Positions 37,718-45,454 of a stretch of 47,988 nt of DNA are shown here, in pieces (position 1 is the stretch's first letter; each line of letters opens with the position of its first letter). A program made the position numbers and the translations under genes. Source of the stretch: a virus (taxonomy: Duplodnaviria; Caudoviricetes); the IMG/VR virus record IMGVR_UViG_3300021090_000035, positions 1 to 47,988 of that record, one strand, 5' to 3'. The notes below the pieces were generated by a model. The model searched no databases and was not told the DNA's origin. It was given only the letters and a program-made list of their open reading frames with translations.

Positions 37718-38004
37718 GTGAAGAAATAAAACATATCGTTGAGCCAATCGCTGATTCAAATGGTCATATCGTGCGATATGGAATCTTTTGCCCAGGATGT
37801 CAGAATCCGCATATATTCGATAGTCGGTGGCAATTCAATGGTGACTTGGACAAACCGACATTCTCTCCAAGTTTAATGTGCAATCGTGACCATCCGGAGT
37901 CGCGTTGTCATTCTCATGTTCGCAATGGCAACATCGAATTTCAGAATGACTGTTATCATGAGTTGAATGGGAAAACTGTACCTTTAACAATTTTTCATTG
38001 GTAA
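37714..38004 (+). CDS. DUF6527-like Cys/His protein
   Basis: CPGC..H..W.FNGD..KPTFSPS..CHS.V..G.I.F..DC.H.L.GKTV.L. Confidence 0.8.
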   Translation: MSEEIKHIVEPIADSNGHIVRYGIFCPGCQNPHIFDSRWQFNGDLDKPTFSPSLMCNRDHPESRCHSHVRNGNIEFQNDCYHELNGKTVPLTIFHW

Positions 38005-38011
38005 CGTCGAA

Positions 38012-38263
38012 ATGATAGGGAAGCTCGTCAAATGGGTAACGACGACGGCGGCGGGGGTGATCTGTTTTCTCTTGTTCGTCTGGATCAATTGCTGGATAGC
38101 CGCCATTGTTTTCAAGGATGACCCGTTGATCCGTTCATCTGTCAGGTACATCGCGGTCCAAGCGGCGATGGGAATATCCTACACAAAGGCAGAAGCTGCG
38201 AAGTTCGAAAAGGAAATGCGCTCCGAAGCGGTGAAAGAAACAAAGAAGGCGATAAAGCAATGA
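38012..38263 (+). CDS. Single-TM membrane protein
   Basis: Hydrophobic aa 13-34, charged C-tail. Confidence 0.78.
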   Translation: MIGKLVKWVTTTAAGVICFLLFVWINCWIAAIVFKDDPLIRSSVRYIAVQAAMGISYTKAEAAKFEKEMRSEAVKETKKAIKQ

Positions 38264-38628
38264 AGGATCTTCTCATCATTGATGACAATAACGACGGCAA
38301 CACACTGCTCACTCATCACCTCACGCACAGAGGATGGATCGTAGAAACCGTAGATGATCCCATACGGGGCATTGAACGGGCCAAGAGTGAAAAATACCGC
38401 GTTATATTGGTTGACTTGATAATGCTGAAAATGGACGGCATCGAAGTTTTGTCCACTCTCAAGACTTTGAAAGTAAAATCCATTCTTGGAGTCTTGAGCG
38501 GCATGGATGAGACAAAGCAACTCGCACGTAAGGCGGTGGCTATGGGAGTCAATATCCATGTCACGAAAGAAGATCAGGTGGACGATACTATATTCAAAAT
38601 CGAACAAATTCTTAGGGCATCGACGTGA
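38260..38628 (+). CDS. Stand-alone response-regulator receiver (CheY-like)
   Basis: LIIDD (D8/D9), VILVD52..M..MDG.E, S80, K103. Confidence 0.9.
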   Translation: MKDLLIIDDNNDGNTLLTHHLTHRGWIVETVDDPIRGIERAKSEKYRVILVDLIMLKMDGIEVLSTLKTLKVKSILGVLSGMDETKQLARKAVAMGVNIHVTKEDQVDDTIFKIEQILRAST

Positions 38629-38975
38629 GCCAGCAAGCAAGCGAACACTTGACCGAAGAACGCATAAACAATCTTGTGCTTCGCATGGAGGCCGCCATTT
38701 CCGGCAAAACGGTAAGACCGTGGTGGCAATCACTCGGCCCGCTTTGGGTTGCAGTCCTGATATGGATCGTATCGGGTATCATTTGGGGGGCACGACTCAC
38801 GAGCGCAAACGATCAGCACCAGGAACAAATCATTGAATTGAAAGACGAAATTAAAACGTATAAGAATTTTCAGCCCAAAGCCGAAGAACAGTTAAGAATC
38901 CTCATCAAGTCAAACGATGAATTGACCTTAGAAGTGAAGGAACTGCGTCGTACTATTGACAGGAAAATACGATGA
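38625..38975 (+). CDS. TM plus coiled-coil protein (holin/antiholin-like)
   Basis: One TM helix followed by a heptad coiled coil; overlap coupling at both ends. Confidence 0.72.
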   Translation: MSQQASEHLTEERINNLVLRMEAAISGKTVRPWWQSLGPLWVAVLIWIVSGIIWGARLTSANDQHQEQIIELKDEIKTYKNFQPKAEEQLRILIKSNDELTLEVKELRRTIDRKIR

Positions 38976-39469
38976 ACATTCAATCAACGATCGCCTCGGC
39001 AAAACCGGCATTCGTCGTATCAGAAGCCGCCGACATGAAAGAAGCTGTTGGACTGATGCTCGGGGGGCTTTGGTGGTTCCTGATGCACCATACGGTGAAA
39101 ACCCTCATCGTGTTACTCATCATGGTTGGTTCAGCGCTTACTCTTTGCGCGATCGGATACTTGTATTCAAAGACCGACTCCATTTCGATTCAGAGAGCAG
39201 AACCCCTCAAGGCCGGAGTTATGCCGATTGGGAGCGTATTTGGTTTCATGCCGCAAGCCTACGCAGGAGAACAGGGGAGAACAAAACGCGCACGCACCGA
39301 CAGCATTTGGATCAATGATAGTTTCTATGGACTGAAAGATCCCCGGTTTGATCTTTACAAACTGGATAACGAATCGGCTATTATCATTTATGACAAAACA
39401 TTCAAAACAGTTCTCCGGGCCGAGGCGCCGGTCTTCGGAGAAAACAAAATTGAACAGTACAAAAAATAA
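38972..39469 (+). CDS. Membrane protein with soluble C-domain
   Basis: Hydrophobic LIVLLIMVGSALTLCAIGYLY. Confidence 0.72.
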   Translation: MNIQSTIASAKPAFVVSEAADMKEAVGLMLGGLWWFLMHHTVKTLIVLLIMVGSALTLCAIGYLYSKTDSISIQRAEPLKAGVMPIGSVFGFMPQAYAGEQGRTKRARTDSIWINDSFYGLKDPRFDLYKLDNESAIIIYDKTFKTVLRAEAPVFGENKIEQYKK

Positions 39470-39481
39470 AGGAGAACACCT

Positions 39482-39718
39482 ATGGCTAACTGGCTATCAA
39501 GAGCTCTTTCGGAAAACGGCGAACCCTCAACCATGCGGCTGATGTCGTTGGCCTGTTGTTTTGTCGCTCTGGCCGTATGGATTTACTCGGTCATGACTCA
39601 AAAGCCAGCCGACCTTCCAACCATTATCACGATTTTGGGATTCGGATTCGGCGGCAAGCTGATCCAGAAAACGCAGGAAGCAAAAACTCCGTCGCAACCG
39701 CTTCAAACGGGACCGTGA
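39482..39718 (+). CDS. Putative holin (2 TM)
   Basis: LSENG.PSTMRLMS, two TM helices, GK..QK..E tail; SD aaggag. Confidence 0.72.
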   Translation: MANWLSRALSENGEPSTMRLMSLACCFVALAVWIYSVMTQKPADLPTIITILGFGFGGKLIQKTQEAKTPSQPLQTGP

Positions 39719-39719
39719 C

Positions 39720-39845
39720 ATGAGCTTCGACACGGAAATAAAAGAGCCTTTGCGTTGGTATCAGGTCGCTCTCGGGATTCTGGCGGTACTCTTAATCATT
39801 GCCGGGATCGTCGGGGCAATAGCACAGATGACACTTGAACATTAA
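39720..39845 (+). CDS. Small single-TM protein, 41 aa (missed by track)
   Basis: MSFDTEIKEPLRWYQVALGILAVLLIIAGIVGAIAQMTLEH. Confidence 0.7.
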   Translation: MSFDTEIKEPLRWYQVALGILAVLLIIAGIVGAIAQMTLEH

Positions 39846-39867
39846 CCTTCTCGGAAAGGAGATCGTC

Positions 39868-40017
39868 GTGAATATTCTCACCTATGTCAAGCAAGCACTC
39901 ATCGTGGTATTCATTATCGTCGTGGGCGTCGCGGCTTATCACTTGGTCGCTCACGGTACTCCGTTCTCGGTTGTGGACGGGCTTATGGTTTTGTGCTTGG
40001 TTCAGTTGGTGCGTTGA
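39868..40017 (+). CDS. Small hydrophobic protein, 49 aa
   Basis: SD aaggag before GTG 39868; two hydrophobic segments. Confidence 0.7.
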   Translation: MNILTYVKQALIVVFIIVVGVAAYHLVAHGTPFSVVDGLMVLCLVQLVR

Positions 40018-40018
40018 T

Positions 40019-40255
40019 GTGTCCGACTGGCCGAGGTACGAGCTCGACCGGAACATCGCACAATTTGGGCTGACGCAACTCATGGCCGTCCGGCTGAACT
40101 CCGGTGAGTATAAGTGTAAGGTGCTCAGTTTCACATTCAAGGATTCAATTGGATCGATCCTTGTCCACGTACGGCTATTGAATCACCCGACGATTTCAAC
40201 ACTGATGGTGAACGCCAGCAGACTCTATTCGTCACGTAAGGAAGGCATAGTATGA
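40019..40255 (+). CDS. Hypothetical protein
   Basis: GTG 40019 just after upstream stop; ATGA coupling to next gene. Confidence 0.6.
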   Translation: MSDWPRYELDRNIAQFGLTQLMAVRLNSGEYKCKVLSFTFKDSIGSILVHVRLLNHPTISTLMVNASRLYSSRKEGIV

Positions 40256-41190
40256 GTAAAAATCTACTCTACGCAATCATAGCCGTCGTTGTAATCGCAC
40301 TTGGCTTTTGGGCGTATAACTTCGTCACGGGAATCTTCACATCAAAAGACTACTGGACACAGAGGGCTACGGTCGCCGAGCGCGGGGCAAGCGACTGGAA
40401 GCAGAAATTCGAGACACTTGACAGCACCTTCCAATTCCAGGTATCGGCCAGCGTCAATAGCGTCCGCGGTGAAATCCTTGAAGAGGCAAAAAAGAAATTC
40501 CCCAGAGACCCCGGCTTTATCCGGGCCTTGCAGCATATCGTTGACAGTCTCAAAGAAGAAAACTTTGAACTGCGCTCTGTGTCAACCGGATCGGGTACGC
40601 TCACTATTTTAGGTGGGGGTCAGTCCGATAGCATGAATCACTTTGAAGATGCGTGGATTACCCTTGACGCGAAGATCGCAGGGAACAGGCTCGAGCATAT
40701 CAATTACGATTTCAGTTTCGACATCGGCGACGTTCGCACGAACTTCGAGCGCGATGCAGACGGAAGAACTCTTGAAGTGTACGATGTGTTTCTGAAGAGC
40801 AAACGCGATAGCACGATGACCCTCTACCTTCCATACCGTAGGGAATCGTTCAATCAATTACCAAGCTATTCACGGTTCAAGTTTTGGGATCCGAGGCTGA
40901 ACGTATCGGCCCTTTGGGGAGGACAAACGGTAGAACTCGCCGCGACGATTTCACTCTCCAGCTATTCCGATGCCCCCGATGCCAACGGCATGATTCTGGC
41001 TTTGCCTGATATCGGGATCAGCAGTAACTTCGAGGATCAGACGTATTTCATCGCCGGGGGCAGATTCAATATGGCCCACTTTCTTCCCTTGCTCACCAAT
41101 GTCCACCTGACAGCTCACGCAGGATTGCCGACGAATAATCTGAACATGACTGCGCTTGTGGGCCGGATCGGAATAGGAGTAGGACTGTGA
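40252..41190 (+). CDS. Spanin-candidate: N-terminal TM, coiled coil, C-terminal amphipathic beta-strands
   Basis: YAIIAVVVIALGFW anchor; helical stalk; ends YFIAGGRFN..VGRIGIGVGL. Confidence 0.55.
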   Translation: MSKNLLYAIIAVVVIALGFWAYNFVTGIFTSKDYWTQRATVAERGASDWKQKFETLDSTFQFQVSASVNSVRGEILEEAKKKFPRDPGFIRALQHIVDSLKEENFELRSVSTGSGTLTILGGGQSDSMNHFEDAWITLDAKIAGNRLEHINYDFSFDIGDVRTNFERDADGRTLEVYDVFLKSKRDSTMTLYLPYRRESFNQLPSYSRFKFWDPRLNVSALWGGQTVELAATISLSSYSDAPDANGMILALPDIGISSNFEDQTYFIAGGRFNMAHFLPLLTNVHLTAHAGLPTNNLNMTALVGRIGIGVGL

Positions 41191-41354
41191 TATTTCGTGT
41201 TACATATCGACTGCGCGGTGAGGATTCTGACCGAGTAAGAGTCTATGAAAGCGCACTGGATGTTGAGGCCGCGGTAAACCATTTCTTCAAAGACCTAAAA
41301 TTGAAAATAACCAACATCGTTTCGATGAGTCTTTCCACAACGAACGAAGGATGA
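41187..41354 (+). CDS. Hypothetical protein, 55 aa (missed by track)
   Basis: GTGA overlap; MIFRVTYRLRGEDSDRVRVYESALDVEAAVNHFFK... Confidence 0.65.
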   Translation: MIFRVTYRLRGEDSDRVRVYESALDVEAAVNHFFKDLKLKITNIVSMSLSTTNEG

Positions 41355-41357
41355 ACC

Positions 41358-41843
41358 ATGCCAAGCCGAAAGGTTGAAGATTTACACCCGACACTCCGTT
41401 CACTCGTTCCCGAATGGAAGAAACGCTGTATCGAAGCTGGAATCGGGGAACCGATTATTACTTGCACGGCCAGAACATTCCGCGAACAGGTTGCAACATT
41501 CGCACAGGGGCGTGAGGACATATTCTATATCAATGACCTGAGAAAACTCGCTGCTATGGAACCTATCTCAGAGGCCGAAGCGAAGAAGGTGGTAAGTTGG
41601 ACAATGGCATCGAAGCATATTACGAACCTGGCGAACTCCGAAAACAAGGATGACTACGCACGGGCATTTGACTTCGCACTCGTGAAGCCGGGCGGCGCCG
41701 TTCATTGGGACACGAAAGCCGACGTGGACAATGACAAGGTAAACGATTATGCCGAGGCCGGAAAGATTGCCGTTGAACTCGGGCTGGAGTATGGTGGTAA
41801 CTGGCCGACACCGGATCGAGCACACATACAATTGAAAGGTTGA
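41358..41843 (+). CDS. Endolysin, M15 (L-Ala-D-Glu peptidase-like)
   Basis: DLHP, R...EQ...AQGR, SKH, AFD, GLE.GGNW...D..HIQ. Confidence 0.9.
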   Translation: MPSRKVEDLHPTLRSLVPEWKKRCIEAGIGEPIITCTARTFREQVATFAQGREDIFYINDLRKLAAMEPISEAEAKKVVSWTMASKHITNLANSENKDDYARAFDFALVKPGGAVHWDTKADVDNDKVNDYAEAGKIAVELGLEYGGNWPTPDRAHIQLKG

Positions 41844-41846
41844 GAT

Positions 41847-41943
41847 AGAGAGCCAGCATGGGAACTCCACAAGCCAAGCGAAGATGCGTCAACTTCATCG
41901 ATAGGCAACCGGAGTAATGCGTGGATGTTGCATGCGGCTCTTT
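41847..41943 (+). ncRNA. Candidate structured RNA after the endolysin gene
   Basis: 41847-41870 pairs with 41921-41943 (about 21 bp with bulges) around an internally structured loop. Confidence 0.5.
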
Positions 41944-42076
41944 TGATTGTGATGTTTCCCCGCAATAATCCCCGCTCCAAATCTGCTTTGTAAAAGCCCG
42001 TCGAAACACCAAGATCGCAGAACGAGAAACCGAAGCAAGCGGATTCATTTCATGGTGAATCGCGTCCGACGAGAGC

Positions 42077-42108
42077 AAGAGCGTTCCCTTAACGGGGGCG
42101 CTCTTTTT
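42077..42108 (+). terminator. Intrinsic terminator ending the late/lysis operon
   Basis: AAGAGCGTTCCC-TTAAC-GGGGGCGCTCTT followed by TTTGT. Confidence 0.85.
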
Positions 42109-42218
42109 GTCTCCGTCTAATACTTTTGTGACGGTTGGCACAGATAAATCGCTTAAAACAGACAGATTTCCCGGCAAGTTCTTCAATTATTAGAAATGTG
42201 GGCTGCCTCACTTTTGAC

Positions 42219-42247
42219 TTGACTTTCATACTGAATAGTATTATCAT
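42219..42247 (+). promoter_or_regulatory. Early sigma70-type promoter with operator-like dyad; leaderless HTH transcript
   Basis: TTGACT-N17-TATCAT; ATACT-N4-AGTAT in spacer; ATG 42254 six nt later. Confidence 0.72.
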
Positions 42248-42253
42248 ATCCAC

Positions 42254-42445
42254 ATGAGAATAACCAGAAACAAAATCCGCAAAATCCGAGAACAACTCGG
42301 CGAGACCCAGGAAGCGTTTGCCCTTCGCTTTGGTGGGCGCACGGCAACAGTGGCAGACTGGGAGCGTGGGCAATGCAAGCCTCGCCCGATGGCTGTACGA
42401 GAGCTAATCAAACTCTACAAAACCTATGTGTTGAGGGAACAATGA
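42254..42445 (+). CDS. XRE/Cro-family helix-turn-helix regulator
   Basis: IRKIREQLGETQEAFA..G....TV..WE.G...P. Confidence 0.92.
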   Translation: MRITRNKIRKIREQLGETQEAFALRFGGRTATVADWERGQCKPRPMAVRELIKLYKTYVLREQ

Positions 42446-42660
42446 AATCCCTCACCGAAATCCAACTCATCTGCGAACTCTCCGGCGTTCAGTACGTGGG
42501 GATTCAGAAAGCCGCCAGCGAGGAAAAGAACTTGGTTCTCTTCAATGACCCGCAGACCAATGGAACTCTCGCCCTGCCAGCCACTGAGTTTTCTGAAACA
42601 ATGATAAATGCTCATGTTCGTCGACATCGTGAAATAATGAAATTTACTCACGCGGGATGA
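42442..42660 (+). CDS. Hypothetical protein
   Basis: ATGA overlap start 42442. Confidence 0.72.
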   Translation: MKSLTEIQLICELSGVQYVGIQKAASEEKNLVLFNDPQTNGTLALPATEFSETMINAHVRRHREIMKFTHAG

Positions 42661-42713
42661 GAGTAACCGCAAGGTCTCTAAGGAATAGCGATTTCGTCCT
42701 TGAAGCGTCCCGC
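42652..42713 (+). ncRNA. Candidate three-way-junction RNA element
   Basis: P1 GCGGGATG/CGTCCCGC; P2 AGAG..ACC-GCAA-GGT.CTCT; P3 AAGGA/TCCTT. Confidence 0.5.
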
Positions 42714-42735
42714 ATAATTTTGAAAGGTAATTCAA

Positions 42736-42918
42736 ATGGCAGAATTATTAAATGTAGAAGTCCGTTGTGAAATCTGTGATTCAGTTCTACTTGTTCATGC
42801 CAAAACAAACGATCAAAGTTACAAGTATATGGACACGTTCACAATCAAAGTCGAGCCCTGCGAATCCTGTCTCAAAGACGCACGCGATGAAGTCCGCAAA
42901 GAACTGAAAGAGGAATAA
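42736..42918 (+). CDS. Small zinc-binding protein
   Basis: CEIC...VEPCESC. Confidence 0.75.
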   Translation: MAELLNVEVRCEICDSVLLVHAKTNDQSYKYMDTFTIKVEPCESCLKDARDEVRKELKEE

Positions 42919-42923
42919 CCCTC

Positions 42924-43058
42924 ATGGCAATCAACCTCTACCAAAAGCCCTGCTCGAAATATGAACGCTGTTTGCGTCTGAGAATCGAATGGCAACTCGA
43001 TCGCAACCGGTGTATCTATTCCATCAACGGAGAAAACGTAACGATAATCCTAAACTAA
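42924..43058 (+). CDS. Hypothetical protein, 44 aa (missed by track)
   Basis: SD gagga; MAINLYQKPCSKYERCLRLRIEWQLDRNRCIYSINGENVTIILN. Confidence 0.55.
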   Translation: MAINLYQKPCSKYERCLRLRIEWQLDRNRCIYSINGENVTIILN

Positions 43059-43085
43059 TCTCATTCAAATGAAAGGCCAATAATA

Positions 43086-43376
43086 ATGGAAACACCCCTC
43101 TCAACAAAGGAATGTGATGTACTGATTGAAGCGTTGGAAGCATGGGAGTCAAAAGATCTGAGCAAATCTATGATGAATATAATGATACGTTCTCTCGTGC
43201 CAGTTGATGACCCTGTGGCAAAGGAAAAGATGGACCGGGAAATGAAAGAGCGACAGGACAAAGATGAGCAAGAATGTCGCTTCCGCAAAGAGGTCTCTAC
43301 GCTCCTGAAGGCCAAACTCATTCAACTGAAACATCAGATGCAGACCGATGACATGGTAACTGCATCGAATCGGTAA
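43086..43376 (+). CDS. Hypothetical helical protein
   Basis: 96 aa, coiled-coil character. Confidence 0.75.
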   Translation: METPLSTKECDVLIEALEAWESKDLSKSMMNIMIRSLVPVDDPVAKEKMDREMKERQDKDEQECRFRKEVSTLLKAKLIQLKHQMQTDDMVTASNR

Positions 43377-43425
43377 CTTCCAATTATTCTGAACTAACGA
43401 TCAACACCCAACGAAAGGACTCACG

Positions 43426-43680
43426 ATGCACACCGGCCATAAAATTGTATCATGGATACGTCTCCGGTTCAAAATCCTGAAGGCATATTTCACCCGTGTC
43501 TATGATTATGAGACATTGTGCGCCACGGAAGGCAAAGAATATGCAGATCACGTAATCGACCAAATACATGACAACATGCGCGCAATGCGGGCAAGAGGAA
43601 TAACCAAATTACACTGTCCGAAGTGTGGAACGAAAGACCTTCCCGATCCAGACACTTTACAACATCCAGGGAGAATGTGA
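43426..43680 (+). CDS. Hypothetical protein with CPKCG
   Basis: SD aaagga. Confidence 0.7.
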   Translation: MHTGHKIVSWIRLRFKILKAYFTRVYDYETLCATEGKEYADHVIDQIHDNMRAMRARGITKLHCPKCGTKDLPDPDTLQHPGRM

Positions 43681-43681
43681 A

Positions 43682-43900
43682 ATGCACACCGGCCAGAGAT
43701 ATTACATCCCCGTCAAAATTCATCAAGGCCCAATCCCCATATCGGAACCCGAGAGAATGAGACTATTGAAAATCGCTCGGGGGCTTTGTACGCTCTGCGG
43801 GATGCCTCTGAATGTCCTCACCAAAGATGGTGGAGCGTGCTTCTACTGTCACGCCGTCCACATCTGGAATGAACAAACTCACTATTGGGAATTGGGGTAA
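43682..43900 (+). CDS. Zinc-ribbon protein
   Basis: SD gggag, ATG 43682; CTLCG...CFYCH. Confidence 0.7.
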   Translation: MHTGQRYYIPVKIHQGPIPISEPERMRLLKIARGLCTLCGMPLNVLTKDGGACFYCHAVHIWNEQTHYWELG

Positions 43901-43937
43901 GCCATGACAACTGATAACAAAAAAAGGAGAACGAATT

Positions 43938-44435
43938 ATGAAACAAGCTCACGATAATCCTGAAATTGCGGATTCCCATTTGACCGAATCTTCAGGTCAA
44001 GCACCGCTTGCACCAATTATCCCTGTTAGGGTAATGGATGCAGTAGAGAGAGCTTGCTTTGCAACTGACCTCACCAGTGGATTGCAAGAAAGGTATTCTT
44101 CGGTTCAGACCTATGTACTTTTGAAGAATGCTGAGGATGTTATCGAACAAGCGCTTTTGATCTGCAAGGACAAGGCGACAGGTCAAGCGGAGAAAGATTC
44201 CAAAGTGTTCAATGCGGAAATTACGACACGTCGTAGCGTTGAATATGGCTATGAGGATTCTGTTCTTGAAAGACTGGAAAGCGAAATCGTGGTATTAAAA
44301 AAGAAAGCCGATGAGCGCCGAAAAATGTTGCGTGCGTTGACATCGGAAGTTGCAGACACTGTAACGGGAGAAATTCTCAGGCCAGCAAAACTCACTAAAG
44401 ACGGCCTTGCCATCATTGTAAAATTACCAAAATAG
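43938..44435 (+). CDS. Hypothetical protein in recombination cluster
   Basis: SD aaggag; D..TGEI..PA motif. Confidence 0.75.
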   Translation: MKQAHDNPEIADSHLTESSGQAPLAPIIPVRVMDAVERACFATDLTSGLQERYSSVQTYVLLKNAEDVIEQALLICKDKATGQAEKDSKVFNAEITTRRSVEYGYEDSVLERLESEIVVLKKKADERRKMLRALTSEVADTVTGEILRPAKLTKDGLAIIVKLPK

Positions 44436-44443
44436 GAGACCGC

Positions 44444-44992
44444 ATGTCAATCATTGCCAAAGCAGAAAGCGACAACTTCGAGAAAACACCGACCGGGACT
44501 ATTCAGGCCGTGTGCGTATTCATTCATGACATTGGTTTACAGCCTGGGGAGTATCAGGGCCGCCCCAATGTTGCTCACAAGATTATCATATCATGGGAGC
44601 TTTCGGAGAACATGACATTGGGGGAAAATGTCGGGAAGCCGTTCATGGTGAACAAGTACTATACGCTTTCTCTTTCAGAGAAAGCAAACCTCCGCAAGGA
44701 TTTGGAAAACTGGCGGGGCAAAACTTTTTCAGAAGCCGAACTCAATGGATTTGATGTTGAGAATATCCGCGGAGCAAATTGTCTCCTGACCATTACTGAG
44801 ACAGAAAATGGCAAGCGGAAAGTCTCGGGCGTGACCGCTCTTCCCAAAGGAATGCCACTTATCAAAGGTTCGCAATCTTCCCCATCAATAAAGTTCCTTG
44901 AATGGATTGACCGGGAACGAGCAAAGGCCATTCAACCAAGCGTTGATGACCATGAACCGCCGCCAGTTGAAAAGGATGATTTGCCATTTTAA
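44444..44992 (+). CDS. Putative phage ssDNA-binding protein (resembles NGO0469-like family)
   Basis: A.CV...DIG.Q, YTLSL.EKANLRKDLE.WRG..F; SSB-type acidic tail DDLPF. Confidence 0.72.
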   Translation: MSIIAKAESDNFEKTPTGTIQAVCVFIHDIGLQPGEYQGRPNVAHKIIISWELSENMTLGENVGKPFMVNKYYTLSLSEKANLRKDLENWRGKTFSEAELNGFDVENIRGANCLLTITETENGKRKVSGVTALPKGMPLIKGSQSSPSIKFLEWIDRERAKAIQPSVDDHEPPPVEKDDLPF

Positions 44993-45417
44993 TGAAGCGT
45001 ACCTTTTCCGGCAAAGTCGCGGATAAGAAGTTAACCGTTTACGATGAAGCAGATATGAAAAGCTGGATTGCTTCATTGGATGGAATGCCGGTATCGGTAA
45101 CGATTGAAAAGGAAACTCACAAGCGGAGCAATCAGCAGAACCGTTTCTTGTGGGGGATTGTATATAAAACGATCTCAGATTTCACCGGTTACGATGAAGA
45201 TGAGGTTCACGCTCTTTGCAAGGAGAAATTCAATCCCAAATTCTTGAACATCGTCAACGTCAACACCGGCGAAGAAACCGAAGAACGGATTGCCGGTAGC
45301 ACGGCGAAGCTCTCAACAAAAGATTTCATCGAGTACGTTGAGAAGATTCAGAGATATTTCGCAGGGCTTGGTTGCGTAATACCGGACCCGAATCAGCAAA
45401 ATTTTCTTGAGGAATAA
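44992..45417 (+). CDS. NinB/Orf-like recombination accessory protein
   Basis: KRS.QQNR.LWG, G....EVH...K..F, ST.KL....F..Y...I, IPDP. Confidence 0.8.
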   Translation: MKRTFSGKVADKKLTVYDEADMKSWIASLDGMPVSVTIEKETHKRSNQQNRFLWGIVYKTISDFTGYDEDEVHALCKEKFNPKFLNIVNVNTGEETEERIAGSTAKLSTKDFIEYVEKIQRYFAGLGCVIPDPNQQNFLEE

Positions 45418-45454
45418 TGCAAACCGAAATCGAGAACGCCATGAGGGCTGCGGC

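Noticed and set aside
41841-41993. Open frame continuing past the endolysin TGA (possible read-through with a hydrophobic tail)
   Set aside because: No other sign of TGA recoding in the genome; the region is better explained by RNA structure
41945-42076. tmRNA-, twister- or HDV-like ribozyme resemblance
   Set aside because: No tRNA-like domain or Ala-ending tag; conserved catalytic cores could not be matched
42658-42680. TGA followed by a hairpin (bacterial SECIS-like)
   Set aside because: An in-frame TAA follows two codons later and there is no selenoprotein context
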